From the NCBI RefSeq assembly GCF_006345805.1, contig NC_043000.1:64790001-64854000 (forward strand): DNA of 64,000 bases. The letters run 5' to 3'. Shown piece after piece: positions 12,466-23,611 of the stretch. Each line of letters starts with the position of its first letter. The stretch's first letter is position 1. The notes under the pieces are model-generated. The model saw only the letters and a list, made by a program, of their open reading frames with translations, did no database searches and was not told the DNA's origin. The position numbers were made by a program, and so were the translations under genes. Origin of the DNA: Octopus sinensis. Taxonomy: Eukaryota.

Positions 12466-13700
12466 ATGGTAAATTTGAATATGTCCTTGGTGGAACTGTT
12501 CAAGTATCGTAACATGATTAAGAAAACAGGGAATGACACCAAGTTACTCCCTCCTCAAGAAACACTACAAAATATAGCTGCCAAAACTGTCGTCTACAAG
12601 ATGTACAGTCTGAAAGAAAAAAGAATAATGTCAGTGAAAAGCAAACTCATTGAAAAATGTTTACACCCCAATTGGAATAGAATTAAATATGTTGGACGAG
12701 GTTTAAAAAGTTCTACAGTGGAAGCACAATTCGCTGATGAAAGTACAGCTGAAGACCTGTCTACGATAACACTGAAAAATGCAGACATAATTCTTCTGAC
12801 AACTTATTTAGGCAGAAGAACGACAAAAATCAAAGTGGAGGAAATTCCTGCCGGGCTGGATGCTTTATGAATAGCAGCGGCCATTTTGTATGACATGGAG
12901 GAAAAAATGTCCATTCTGCAAATGCAGAATAATGAGGTCGAAAATTAGAAAGACCAGTCACTTGAGATGGTGGTACAAGCCAGCATGGAAATTCTCAAAG
13001 GGCTTCCCGATAGGGTGTTCATAGGGGAGAACCTGAGCATGAGAGTGAATGTGGAGGGATGTAGGCCGTGCTGTTCTAAGTGTGGCAAAAACGTCAATGT
13101 CTGCAAGGGATGTGAAGAGAAAAAGAAGGAGGCCGCTCCTCAACAAAAAACTCAACCAAAATGCAAAGAAACAACAGAAAAAGAAAACAAGAAACAAACA
13201 GAAGTGCCCAAAGAAAGCAAAACAACAAGACAAGAAACAGCTCATACAGAAGAAGAGACACAATTTACTGTGGTGAAGTCACAAAAAAGAAAAAAGGCCT
13301 CAGTCCCAGACTCTCCTCCCCATACTAAAACACCGAAAGTAACCACAGGCACACAAGAAAAAACTCCCCACACCAACCCCCAGTCAAAAACCTTTGCCAA
13401 ACCCCAACCCAAAGTACAATATAAAATAGTAGCTTTCAAAGAAAGCGATGAAGTTTTGTCATGAATTATATGTGCTCACCACAAAGCATGAATGTACAAA
13501 GCAAATCAGGACTTGCCACCTCACATTCGGATGGCCAGAATGGAGGTGAGTTTATTTAACAAACTTTTTAGTAAGATATAAAGAAGACGTTAAAGACATT
13601 GGTGCAGAGATGACCAGCAAGAAATTCATTATGAGTCCAGCGGCTACACCGAAGAAAAATGAGGATGGCAGGGAAGCTGAATTCGTACAGCCTCTCCCCA
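12466..13700 (+). pseudogene. Tx1-type ORF1 (gag-like, degenerate zinc knuckle, K/T/Q/P-rich tail)
   Basis: ORFs 12466-12870 and 12967-13464 are in one frame separated by two stops at probable Trp codons. YLGRRT and GCRPCCSKCG motifs are shared with 53570-53870. Confidence 0.8.
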
Positions 13701-13726
13701 AATTCAAAATGTAAGTATACTTTTCT

Positions 13727-16680
13727 ATGCAATTTAAGTTAGGGTGCATAAATGTGCATGGCCTAGGGTCGAAATGGAAGCAAACTTGCCTCCCGGACGA
13801 CCTAATGTCAATAGAAATTGATATGTGTTGTAACTGAGTCCAAGTTGAGTGGGCCATTATTTCTCCTAGTTGGTGGGGTGTGTGAGGCGTGGTGGTCCTA
13901 TTCAGGAAAACTTGGACATGCAGGTAAGTGCAGTCTTTTTAGACCCAGAAGGTAGGCTGGTCATTCTCGATGTGACACATGCGAGTAAACAGTCTTTCAG
14001 GTTGGTAGCTGTCTATGCTCCAAACAAGTGTAGGCAGGCTACTTTTTACTGGGACCTGGAGAGTTTCTTAGTGACATCTAAAAGTCTAGTTGTACTAGGA
14101 GACCGTAATACTATTCTTGATGCACAGAGGGATAGTGTTGGCTTGGCAGATAGAAGGGGAAATCCTGACCTCAAAAGGCTGCTAGAGAGCTTTAATCTGG
14201 TGGACCAATACAGACTGGATGAGCCACTCATTCCACAGTGGACGTGGTCTAATAACGATGGTTCATATAGATCTTATTTAGGATTATTGTTAGAGATAGA
14301 GATAGGCATACTATTAGTTGTCCATGCTTCTGTTGTATCCCCTACACGGATCACAAGATCGTGACATGCAGGGTGTACCTAGGTAAGTGTCATAGACAGG
14401 GACCTGGGTACTGGAACTTGAACAAGTCTATTTTGACTTGTACAACCTTCCGTGCTCTGGTTAAGGAGTTAGTGCAGAGGGCATTAACAGGTACCATTAT
14501 CAATAATAGGTCGTGGTGCACTCTCAAACAAGCCATTCATCCCAAGTCGATCAAATTTAGTAAGCAGTTAAGTCTAGATAAAACTAGGATAGAAGGGACG
14601 TTAACTAAGGAACTAGACAGGGCCATGGAGTCTGGCTCTGCATCTAGAGTGTTGGTGGTGAGAGGGGTTTTGTACTGTCATCTCAAATCCAAACACGAAG
14701 GATGTAGGATCAGAGCTAAACTTCATGTGGTGCGAAGGGAAGGTATTAACGTTGCCGGATGGGCACATTGTGTGGAGAGTCAGAGAGGTAGAGAAGCCTC
14801 TATCAAGTCTTTAACTGATGAACAGGAGTTCAATAGAAGGACAGGAGGAGATGAGAAAGGCTTTACACAAGCATTTTGCCCAGCTGTTTGGTAAAAGTGA
14901 CCAACTGGACCATGAGAAGCCCCTAAGGGACTTCCTTGTTGGTGGACTGCGACTCTCGTCATGAGAGGTGGAATGCTGTGAAGGGCCAATTATGGCTGCA
15001 GAGGTGGAAGAGGTACTGTCTGAGTGCGCCAGGGCTGGATGGTTTATCTTATGAATTTTATTGTAGTATGCCAGACTTGTTCATGCACTTGCTGGCCTGC
15101 TTCTACACCAACTGGCAGCAGTATGAAAGGATTCCCAGCTTTGTGAGTCGGGGAGTAGTGACGCTGATCAGAAAAGACCCGAGCAAGGGGAACCATGTCA
15201 GTAATTTTAGGCCCATAACTCCACTTAATGTAGAGTTAAAGATTTCGGCCAAGGTGCTAGCTAAGAGGTTGGCACATGTCATGGGGAAACTTGTCAGGAA
15301 GGTGCAGGCATGCACCATTCCAGGCAGGTTGATCCAGGACAATCTCCATCTCCTGTGCTACAACTTAGACAGGGTGGGTAAGTTATCCGGTAAAGGTGTA
15401 ACTAATGAGACTCAGCTACCTCGTGTAGGGGAGGCAATCAAAGGTTATGAGTTGGTGGCGGGGCAAAAATTAACAAGGACAAGTCCGTTGGCTTGCGGCT
15501 CGGTATCTGGAGTGGCAAGATGATACTGCCCAATGTCATGGGACACTGGACGGAAGGTCCTGTTAAGTTGCTTGGAGTCTGGTTTGGACTGGACTCCCAA
15601 ACAGAAGAATTGGAGTGAGGTGGCAGGCAGGGTGGAGGCTCTAGTCCAGACCTGGTCTGGAAGGGCGCTATCCCTGAAAGGTAGGGTGGAGGTGGTGCAG
15701 GTGTATATCACATTTGTTATCACTTACTGTCTGGCCATTGTCCCTTTCCCCAATTCATGGCTAACCAAGTTGGAACGCCTCCTCTCTCACTTTTTGTGGA
15801 AGGGAGGAAAACTGCTTGTGAGGCACTCTGTTTGCTGCCAAAACATGCTAAAGGGTGGGCTAGGGATTCCAGTGGCTAATCATGCGCAGACATGCGCTAA
15901 GGCTGAGGCACCTCTTACTCTACCTTTCTGCGATTGGCCTCCTTGGAGGAATTTAAACCCTGTTTCGTGAAAAAACGCAATCTGACCAAGTGACAAAAAG
16001 AGTGCTGACAGGCACTCATGCTAATCCACAAGGCGCGCAAGGCCAGCAGTGGGAATACCACCTCAGTACTCTATAGTGGGCTGGTAGAGTCCAAGAGGGA
16101 TGATGTCCTGGGAGAAGCTCAGGGACTTAATGAGGACCAGCTAGCCAACCTATTTAAAAGAACTTTCGGGTCGGGTTACCTGGATAACTACCAGAAATCC
16201 TTGATGTGGCAGTCCTATAGGAACACTTTACCTGTTTATAATAAAATGTCCAGACACGGCATGTCTGTACCACCAGCTTGCTCAGGGTGCGGGCGGGACG
16301 AGGAAACTGTCCCACACACCCTTGTTCTCTGTCTGGAGATTTCAGGCCTGATAGTTTATGTAGAACACGTACTGTCACATTTAGGAAGAATACAGCTATC
16401 AGCTGAGTGTATGATTAAGATTGTACCACCACCTGGACTGTCAAAGGAAGGGGAGGCCAGTTTGTTATGCTCAGTTGCAGTTCTGAAAGAGTGTATATGG
16501 AAAACGAAAATGAAAGGAGTCACGATGGGAACCTTTATCTCTGGCCCTGGTTTGCTCTACTACTTCAGATATCATCTGAAGAGCAAGTTGGGGCTGGAAA
16601 GAGGATGCCCGTCACAAAGCATATATGAGAAAAGATGGAAAGATGTGGTGGGGAAGTTGGGTGTGAGAGACCCTGCTTAA
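13727..16680 (+). pseudogene. Tx1/L1 ORF2 (APE endonuclease, reverse transcriptase, CCHC), frameshifted with RT core deleted
   Basis: LGCINVHGL, VAVYAPN, LGD, TDH, GPGYWNLN, APGLDGL, NFRPITPLN and CSGCGRDEETVPHTLVLC are present. The sequence jumps from GKLSGKG to VTNETQL at 15397/15398, so the KAFD, QG and YADD motifs are absent. Confidence 0.9.
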
Positions 16681-16986
16681 ATACACAGTAAATCCGTATA
16701 GTGTAGCCGGTGGATTCCCTGGCCAAAATATATAAAGTTTTTTCATTAAAATTGTAAATACATTCATTGTAAATACATCATTTGCTTATTGCAAATGAAC
16801 TCATAATCTTTATGTTTTGTAATCTCCTGTGCTGTCCTGTTTATGTTCGATCTACATGATCATAATAAAGAATCAATCCCTAGAAGGTGATTGTCACATA
16901 CTGATGACGGGTTACTATTCAGAAACCCGGATCCATGTGTATCACGTCAAGCTAGAGATGGGAAGGATGATTTTCTTTCGCAAATA

Positions 16987-17109
16987 CTGATCAGGCACAG
17001 ACAGTGTGTTGTTAACCAGCTGGAGGAGATGTCTTTCTGGGCCTATAAACTACAGTAGCATCGTCCCATATGGGCCTGCCACATTTAGGTGGCAAATATA
17101 CTTCACGAT
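16987..17109 (+). repeat. Direct copy of the 11936-12028 repeat, ending at (AT)n
   Basis: About 7 mismatches over 93 bp versus 11936-12028; both end cttcacgat. Confidence 0.92.
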
Positions 17110-17133
17110 ATATATATATATATATATATAGTG

Positions 17134-17440
17134 CAATAAGAAAATGGAGGGGATCAGTAGGTGGTATTCATCAACTTTTAGACATTATATTATGTCAATT
17201 TATATATTTACTAAAGGGACAATTATAACAATATACATTCATGTATAACATATTATGCTTTACATATATAATATATGAAATATAAAAATATCAGTATATA
17301 TATTATATATGTAAAGCATAATATGTTATACATGTATGTCTATTGTTATAATTGTCCTTTTAGTAAATAAATAAATTAATATAATATAATGTCTAAAAGT
17401 TGATGAATACCACCTATTGATCCCGTCCATTTTCTTATTG
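17134..17440. repeat. 307 bp imperfect palindrome (fold-back)
   Basis: caataagaaaatggaggggatcagtaggtggtattcatcaacttttagacattatatt... pairs with ...aatataatgtctaaaagttgatgaataccacctattgatcccgtccattttcttattg; arms about 140 bp. Confidence 0.95.
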
Positions 17441-17617
17441 ATCTATAAATTAATGGTAAAATAACTCTTTACCCTCACCCATTTCTTATTACACTCGGTA
17501 ATGTAATTACAATGCATAAAAACACTTGTGTATTAATAATTTGGTATTCTACCAACAGTATATTGGATAGATATTATCCCTTAGTTGGTTGGATTCACAA
17601 CCTCTAACTTTCTTGGA

Positions 17618-17724
<107 letters not shown>

Positions 17725-18710
17725 TGATACGAGGTCAGTCGGAGAAAAAGTGCTGTGAACCAGTTTCGTGGTTTGGTGCCAGATGGACTAGGGAGACAGG
17801 TTATTTTGGCTTTGTTCTGTCATTTGTAGGGAAAATTAATGAGTTAGGAAGTGACATTTTGATTCCCACGATTAGGGAAAGTTTAACAAAGAAATAAATC
17901 TACCACCCTTTAAAATGCGGCGAGCTGGGGCTTGTTGGTCAGTTGGCGAGAGAGAGTTGGCCTGGGTTGGTCAGTTTTGCCTGAGACAGTAAGTTGGCAA
18001 CAGGTCAGTTTGGCGTGAGAGGTGCAGTGGGGAGAAGCAGCGACAAGGATGACAAGCGAGAGACATTTTGAACTCGGTCTGATATAGTGGGAGTTTTTGT
18101 GATGATTCAGGGAGTGTTGCAGACTAGAAAACGTATGGTAATGTTTTGTTTATGTTTTCGGTGTTGAATTTTGGATGCTGTGTAAAACGAACTGTAAAAC
18201 AAGGGAAGGAAAAAGAAGAGAAAAGAACTTGTGAACTGTGCTGAAAAAAAAAAAGGAAAAAGAACATTGTGACGTAAACTGTAATCTATTGTGTCAGAGA
18301 AAAAAAAAAGAATCGTTGAAGGGAAGAGAAAGACTTTAATTTGAACTGTTTCGAACTCTGTATTGCGTTGAACATTTGTTTGGATTGTTTTCGGACGTTT
18401 TGTATCGTGCATGCATTGATTGTTGTTTTTCTTTTTAATTCTGTATTTTCTTTAATGTATCTGATATGTATTACGTTTTATTTGATGTTGTAACAATTGT
18501 ATAAACTGTTGTTAAATGTAAGCAACTGCCTTCCGTTGTGTCTCTCTCTTCCTGATGTTGTTGTTGTTGTTGTCTCCGGTCATCGATCCGTGTTCGCTGC
18601 CATCTCCACAACCGTTTTCTGTGGCGGATTCCCGTTTGACTGAGCGTGGTCGTCGTCGTCGCTCGACTTAGGGTCCTGAGTTCGAGTTGAGTGACGGCAG
18701 GTTCGTAACA
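17725..18710 (+). mobile_element. Probable solo LTR (Gypsy-like termini)
   Basis: Termini TGATACG...CGTAACA form a near-perfect inverted heptamer. 4 bp flanks are ATAT and ATAC. Inserted between (TA)n and (CA)n, GC-richer, no ORF. Confidence 0.6.
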
Positions 18711-18801
<91 letters not shown>

Positions 18802-19024
18802 CATACATATACAAACGTATATAAATACATATTGAAAGTAATAGAAATGAAACTAATATATATAGATACATAATGAAAGTAATTGGAATTGAAACCATAT
18901 AATAGTGAAAGTATTAATAGAGACATTATTGTTTCACTTTTGTCATGTAATATGGAAACAGCGTAAGAGATAAGAGATTGTTTTGAACTCGCATTAGGCA
19001 AGAAGGTGAACACTGCAGTAGACC

Positions 19025-19138
19025 CTAAGTAAGGCATGTGTAAAAATTTGAATGAAATCGGTTGGGTAGTTCTTGAGTTTTAGTGATGTGCACATACAAA
19101 CACACAGACAGACACATTCTCAGTTTTATATAGATAGA
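19025..19138 (-). mobile_element. Non-autonomous Helitron-like 5' end
   Basis: aaatttgaatgaaatcggttgggtagtt...acagacagacac...cagttttatatagat; minus strand begins TCTAT..TATAAAA like 58132 and 59812. Confidence 0.6.
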
Positions 19139-19464
19139 TGATCATTGGCCAACTGAATCAAGGCTGATCTAACAATAATCAACATCAATACAACCATATC
19201 CTTTCTCAAATATATCCCAACCTTCATCATATAACTTATCAGCACTAAGACAGTGACAAAACTAACCTTGAGCTAAAGCAAGAAGTCAACTTTTTTAAAA
19301 TATAAAGTCTATAACATATTTGTTAAAATAATAAAGTCTATAATATATTTGCTATGGATTTTTTAGCGTTGTTTGGCTCACTGTTGGATATTCTATAGAT
19401 TTTGATACTCTGAACTGTAATGGATATATTTTATTGAGATAAGAGTGTCAACAGTAAGTGTTTC

Positions 19465-19670
19465 TATTTCAGGCACAAGGCCAGCAGTTTTGAGGGAAGG
19501 AAGTTGGTTATATCAACTTCAGAACATTGACTGCTATTTTATTTTATCAACCTTCGAGGGATGAAAGACAAAGCTGACTTCAACAAGGTTTAAACTAAGA
19601 ACATAAAAAGAACTGGAACAAATAGTGGAAGGCATTTTTCCAATGCTCAAATGATTCTGCCAGACAATAT
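19465..19670 (-). mobile_element. SINE family B
   Basis: Degenerate reverse-complement match. Confidence 0.7.
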
Positions 19671-20554
19671 TGTTATATGTAGAAATTTTGAAGCAATCAC
19701 AAGGATTGTTAGAAATCTTTCATGTAACTGAAATAATGCATTAAAAAAAGTTCAGTTAAATGATACAACAAATAATGAAAAACAAAAAAAATGTTACAAA
19801 ATAAAATTCCCATGGTTCCGAGAAACAGCAGTTAAAAAGAGTTCATATAGCATTACATTACCAAATAACATACTTAATATAAATAGTGGGTTCAATAAAA
19901 TAACAGTTGAAATATTCCCTACTGCATTACTTTATTAAATACCATACTTATCTTAATAGAAACACCGGGTTCAGTGAAATGACAGAAACAATCCCATGCT
20001 GCATTACTTTATCAAATATCACACTTTATACAAACACTTTCTTCCCATTAATGGTATTTCCACTTGCCACTTTCTGAAGTAATTATATATATATATACAT
20101 AAATGATATTACATTGATAAATGAGTGAGTAAATGTTATGCATGAAAACATACTTATCTATTTTGAATTTACAACTATTATGCATTCTTTATAGGAATGA
20201 GATATATGAAAATATATCCATTTATTTTGTGGTTTACAATTATATGGATTCCTTAAAGGAATCCTATGTGTTTAGGTTTGATTATAAACATAGGATGACA
20301 GCTACATGAACAATACCTGAACCATTTAGCATTTAAGCTGGCAATATCCAACCAAAATGTTCTGCCTGTTTTATGATCAAATTGACCAGTTCTGGCTTCT
20401 CAAACCAACCCTACAATATCATTCTAAAAATTAACAGGTACCTTATATCAAAATATCATAGCTACAAGATAATGCATGATTAATTTAAAACAATGTGAAT
20501 AAAGAAACATTACTTTTGACAGAATAATGCAAATGCTAAAGGGTTAAACAAGGC

Positions 20555-20770
20555 ATTGTCCATCAGAAGCACCAAGCCAGTAGCTTCTAGAGGAGGAGGA
20601 GGAGATTAGTTGATACCATTTGTCCCAGTGTTTGACTGGTATATTTTATTAGCTGCAGAGGGGTAGGATGAAATGTAAAGTTGACCTTGGTGGGATTTGA
20701 ACTCAGAAAGTAAAGAGAAGGAACAAATACTATTTTTATGATGCTCTACCAATTCTACATGTTTGCTACT
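20555..20770 (-). mobile_element. SINE family B
   Basis: Degenerate reverse-complement match. Confidence 0.7.
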
Positions 20771-21105
20771 CAGAGCTTTATTGAATCTGACAATGATTTC
20801 AATAAAAATTGAAATTATGATTGCTCAGTTACCAATAATTTTTTCCGAGTCCAGAATTACAGCATGTGACCCAGTGCAAACGCTCATTAGGCCTATCATG
20901 GCAATTGGTTCACTCAGTTGAGGCTGACACAAAACAGCCAGAGACGAGGTCAGTTAATCGTTTCTCTGATGGTACCACAAAAGTGGCAGGTAGGATCAGC
21001 AAATATTTTTCAGAATTTTACTTTGCTAATTTCTAATCCCCCCTTTCGTAAACCACCTGTTCTTGTCCCTTTATCATACTTTCACCTTTCTTAATACTAT
21101 ACTCC

Positions 21106-21252
21106 AATTATTTACATTTGTCGGATGTTTGTCCTCATCTTGTTTGTTGTTAACGCAGTGGTTCAGCTGATGTACTCTCCAGCCTTCATCGGATGTTTTG
21201 GGGAGGTTTCGAACCTGGGTTCTCATTCCTAAGGTATTTTTCGATGTTGTTG

Positions 21253-21313
<61 letters not shown>

Positions 21314-21569
21314 CATCATTATTAAAACAAAGAGCGCGATTCGATTGTAAGATATTTTATTAGTTGAATGATATTTCAACAGTACGTCTGTCTTTGTCAA
21401 GTTCAAAATAAGAAGTGATAAAAATTCAAAATTACAGAAATTTAAATGTAAAGTATGAACGAGAGCAACAAGCGTCCACACGTTGATGGAATGACATCAT
21501 CATTATTATTCAGGTAACTGCCTGGAATCAAACTCGGAATCTTGAGGTTAGTAGCCCACGCTCTTAACC
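21106..21569 (-). mobile_element. tRNA-headed SINE-like element with (AAT)n linker and Penelope-type hammerhead-like tail
   Basis: Head 21569-21511 ggttaagagcgtgggctactaacctcaagattccgagtttgattcc. Tail core ccgatga-a-ggctg-N10-cagct-gaac at 21192-21161. Confidence 0.65.
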
Positions 21570-21728
21570 CAAATGTAAATAATAACAACATTGAAAAATA
21601 CCTTAGGAATGGGGACCTAGGTTTGAAGTTTCCCCAAGACACCTGATGGGGACTGGAGGGTGAATCGGCTGAAGCGTTGTGTTAGCAGCGAGCAAGGTGA
21701 GGACGAGGATCCGTCAAATGTAAATAAT
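21570..21728 (+). mobile_element. Second copy of the hammerhead-like tail, opposite orientation
   Basis: Revcomp-similar to 21106-21260; begins and ends with caaatgtaaataat; core ctgatgg-g-gactg-N10-cggct-gaag. Confidence 0.75.
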
Positions 21729-22004
21729 TCTTCATCTCTTAAATATAGAACTGTACTATACTCCAACTCACTTGAGAAGCTCTTGTTTTGCAAGTTACTT
21801 GGGGACTTCCCTAGTACTGGTACCATAAAAAAAGCACACAGTACACACTGTAAAGTGGTAGATGTTAGGAAGAATATCAAACTGTAGAAACCACAACAAA
21901 GCAAGACATTGCAAGTTGGCACAGTCTGCTGGCTCTTGTTGATCCATCCAACTCAAACTGGAATGGAAAAGGGATGTTAACTTATGATGATACATGTGCA
22001 CACA

Positions 22005-22378
22005 TTCTTTTATTTGTGTCAGTCATTTGACTGCAGCCATCCTGGAGTACCAGCTTTAGTCGAACAAATTGACCCCCAGGACTTATTCTTTGTAAGCCTA
22101 GTACTTATTCTATCAGTCTATTTTGCCAAACTGCTAAGTTACAGGGACATAAACACACCATCATCGGTTGTTAAGCGATGGTAGCAGGGAGACAAACATA
22201 CACATATATATATGATGGGCTTCTTTCAGTTTCCAACTGCCAAATCCACTCACAAGGCTTTGGTCAGCCCGAGACTATAGTAGAAGACACTTGCCCAACA
22301 TGCCATGCAGTGGGACTGAACCCAGAACCATGTGGCTGGTCAGCAAGCTACTTACCACACAGGCACTCTTGTGCCTAT
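22005..22378 (-). mobile_element. SINE family A
   Basis: Reverse-complement match. Confidence 0.9.
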
Positions 22379-22824
22379 ACATAATATACACATGCATTGT
22401 ATGTGTGTGTGTGTTGATAAATGACAAAAGAACAGGTGTTACATAATCACTCTCATTAGCTTACAGCTGTTTCTGCCGTAAGAAATATTGCACGCAGAGC
22501 TGCATGCTTATAGCGTTCTTGAAGCCATTTGAAAAGCCATTTATAGTGCAAAGCAATTAGATGCATAGAGTTGGTTAAATACAGAACAATATATTTAATA
22601 ATATAATGCAGTTTAAGAGTGAAAAGCCTGTCCAGAGATATACATATACACATATATATATATTTATATAATTGAGATTCAGTTGAATTAGGTACTTAAG
22701 TTGAAGCACCAAGTCAGTCCGGTACTGCACAGCCCGAAGTAAGGTGAATAAAATCGAAATAAGCAACAAGATATCAAGTAGTGATATCCTTTTGCTTATT
22801 TTGATTTTCTATAGATATATATTC

Positions 22825-23226
22825 TTTTATTCTTTTACTTGTTTCAGTCATTTGACTGCGGCCATGCTGGAGCACCACTTTTAGTCAAACAAATCGATCC
22901 CAGGACTTATTCTTTGCAAGCCTATTACTTATTCTATCGGTCTCTTTTGCCAAACTGCTAAGTGATGAGAATGTAAACATACCGACATTGGTTGTCAAGT
23001 GATGGTGGTGGGTACAAGCACAGACACAAATAACAAACACACACATATATATATATATATACGACAGGCTTCTTTCAGTTTCCGTCTACCAAATCCACTC
23101 ACAAGGCTTTGGCCAGCCCGAGGCTATAGTAAAAGACACTTGCCCAAAGTGCCAAACAGTGGGACTGAACCCGGAACCATGTGGTTGGTAAGCAACCTAC
23201 TTACTACACAGCCACTCCTGTGCCTT
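22825..23226 (-). mobile_element. SINE family A
   Basis: Reverse-complement match, low divergence. Confidence 0.92.
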
Positions 23227-23611
23227 AGTTTGACATATCTTGTCAAATACAGCAAATTGCCATATCAATTTTTTGTGTTGTTACATATATATATATATAC
23301 TAATATAACAACATATATATATATGCTCGAATATAACAACACAAAAAAACGACCCTTCATTAGTTGTTGACTGTTTTTCTATTCTTGTATGCTAGTCCTT
23401 CATAAAAGAAAGATAGAAAAGAAAATATAAGGAAAAGGAATGAGAAAAGGTGTTTGGGGACATAATATACATACATGTGTATATATATGTATTGAAAGAT
23501 AGCGGGAAAAACTCACATGCACAAACACATACATGCACACAAATATACATAGGCAAGGAACACACTCACAGGCAAGGAACACACTCACAGGCAAGGAACA
23601 TACTCACAGGT

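Larger units (their letters stand above)
12466..16878 (+). mobile_element. Tx1/L1-clade non-LTR retrotransposon, near full length, inactivated
   Basis: ORF1 remnant, then ORF2 with APE endonuclease, RT and C-terminal CCHC. The 3' end reads aataaagaatcaatc at about 16864-16878. Confidence 0.92.

Noticed and set aside
23450-23611. N-terminal part of the 263 aa ORF as a real protein start
   Set aside because: It is flanking CA-rich DNA and junction repeats read in frame; endonuclease homology begins only near 23612.
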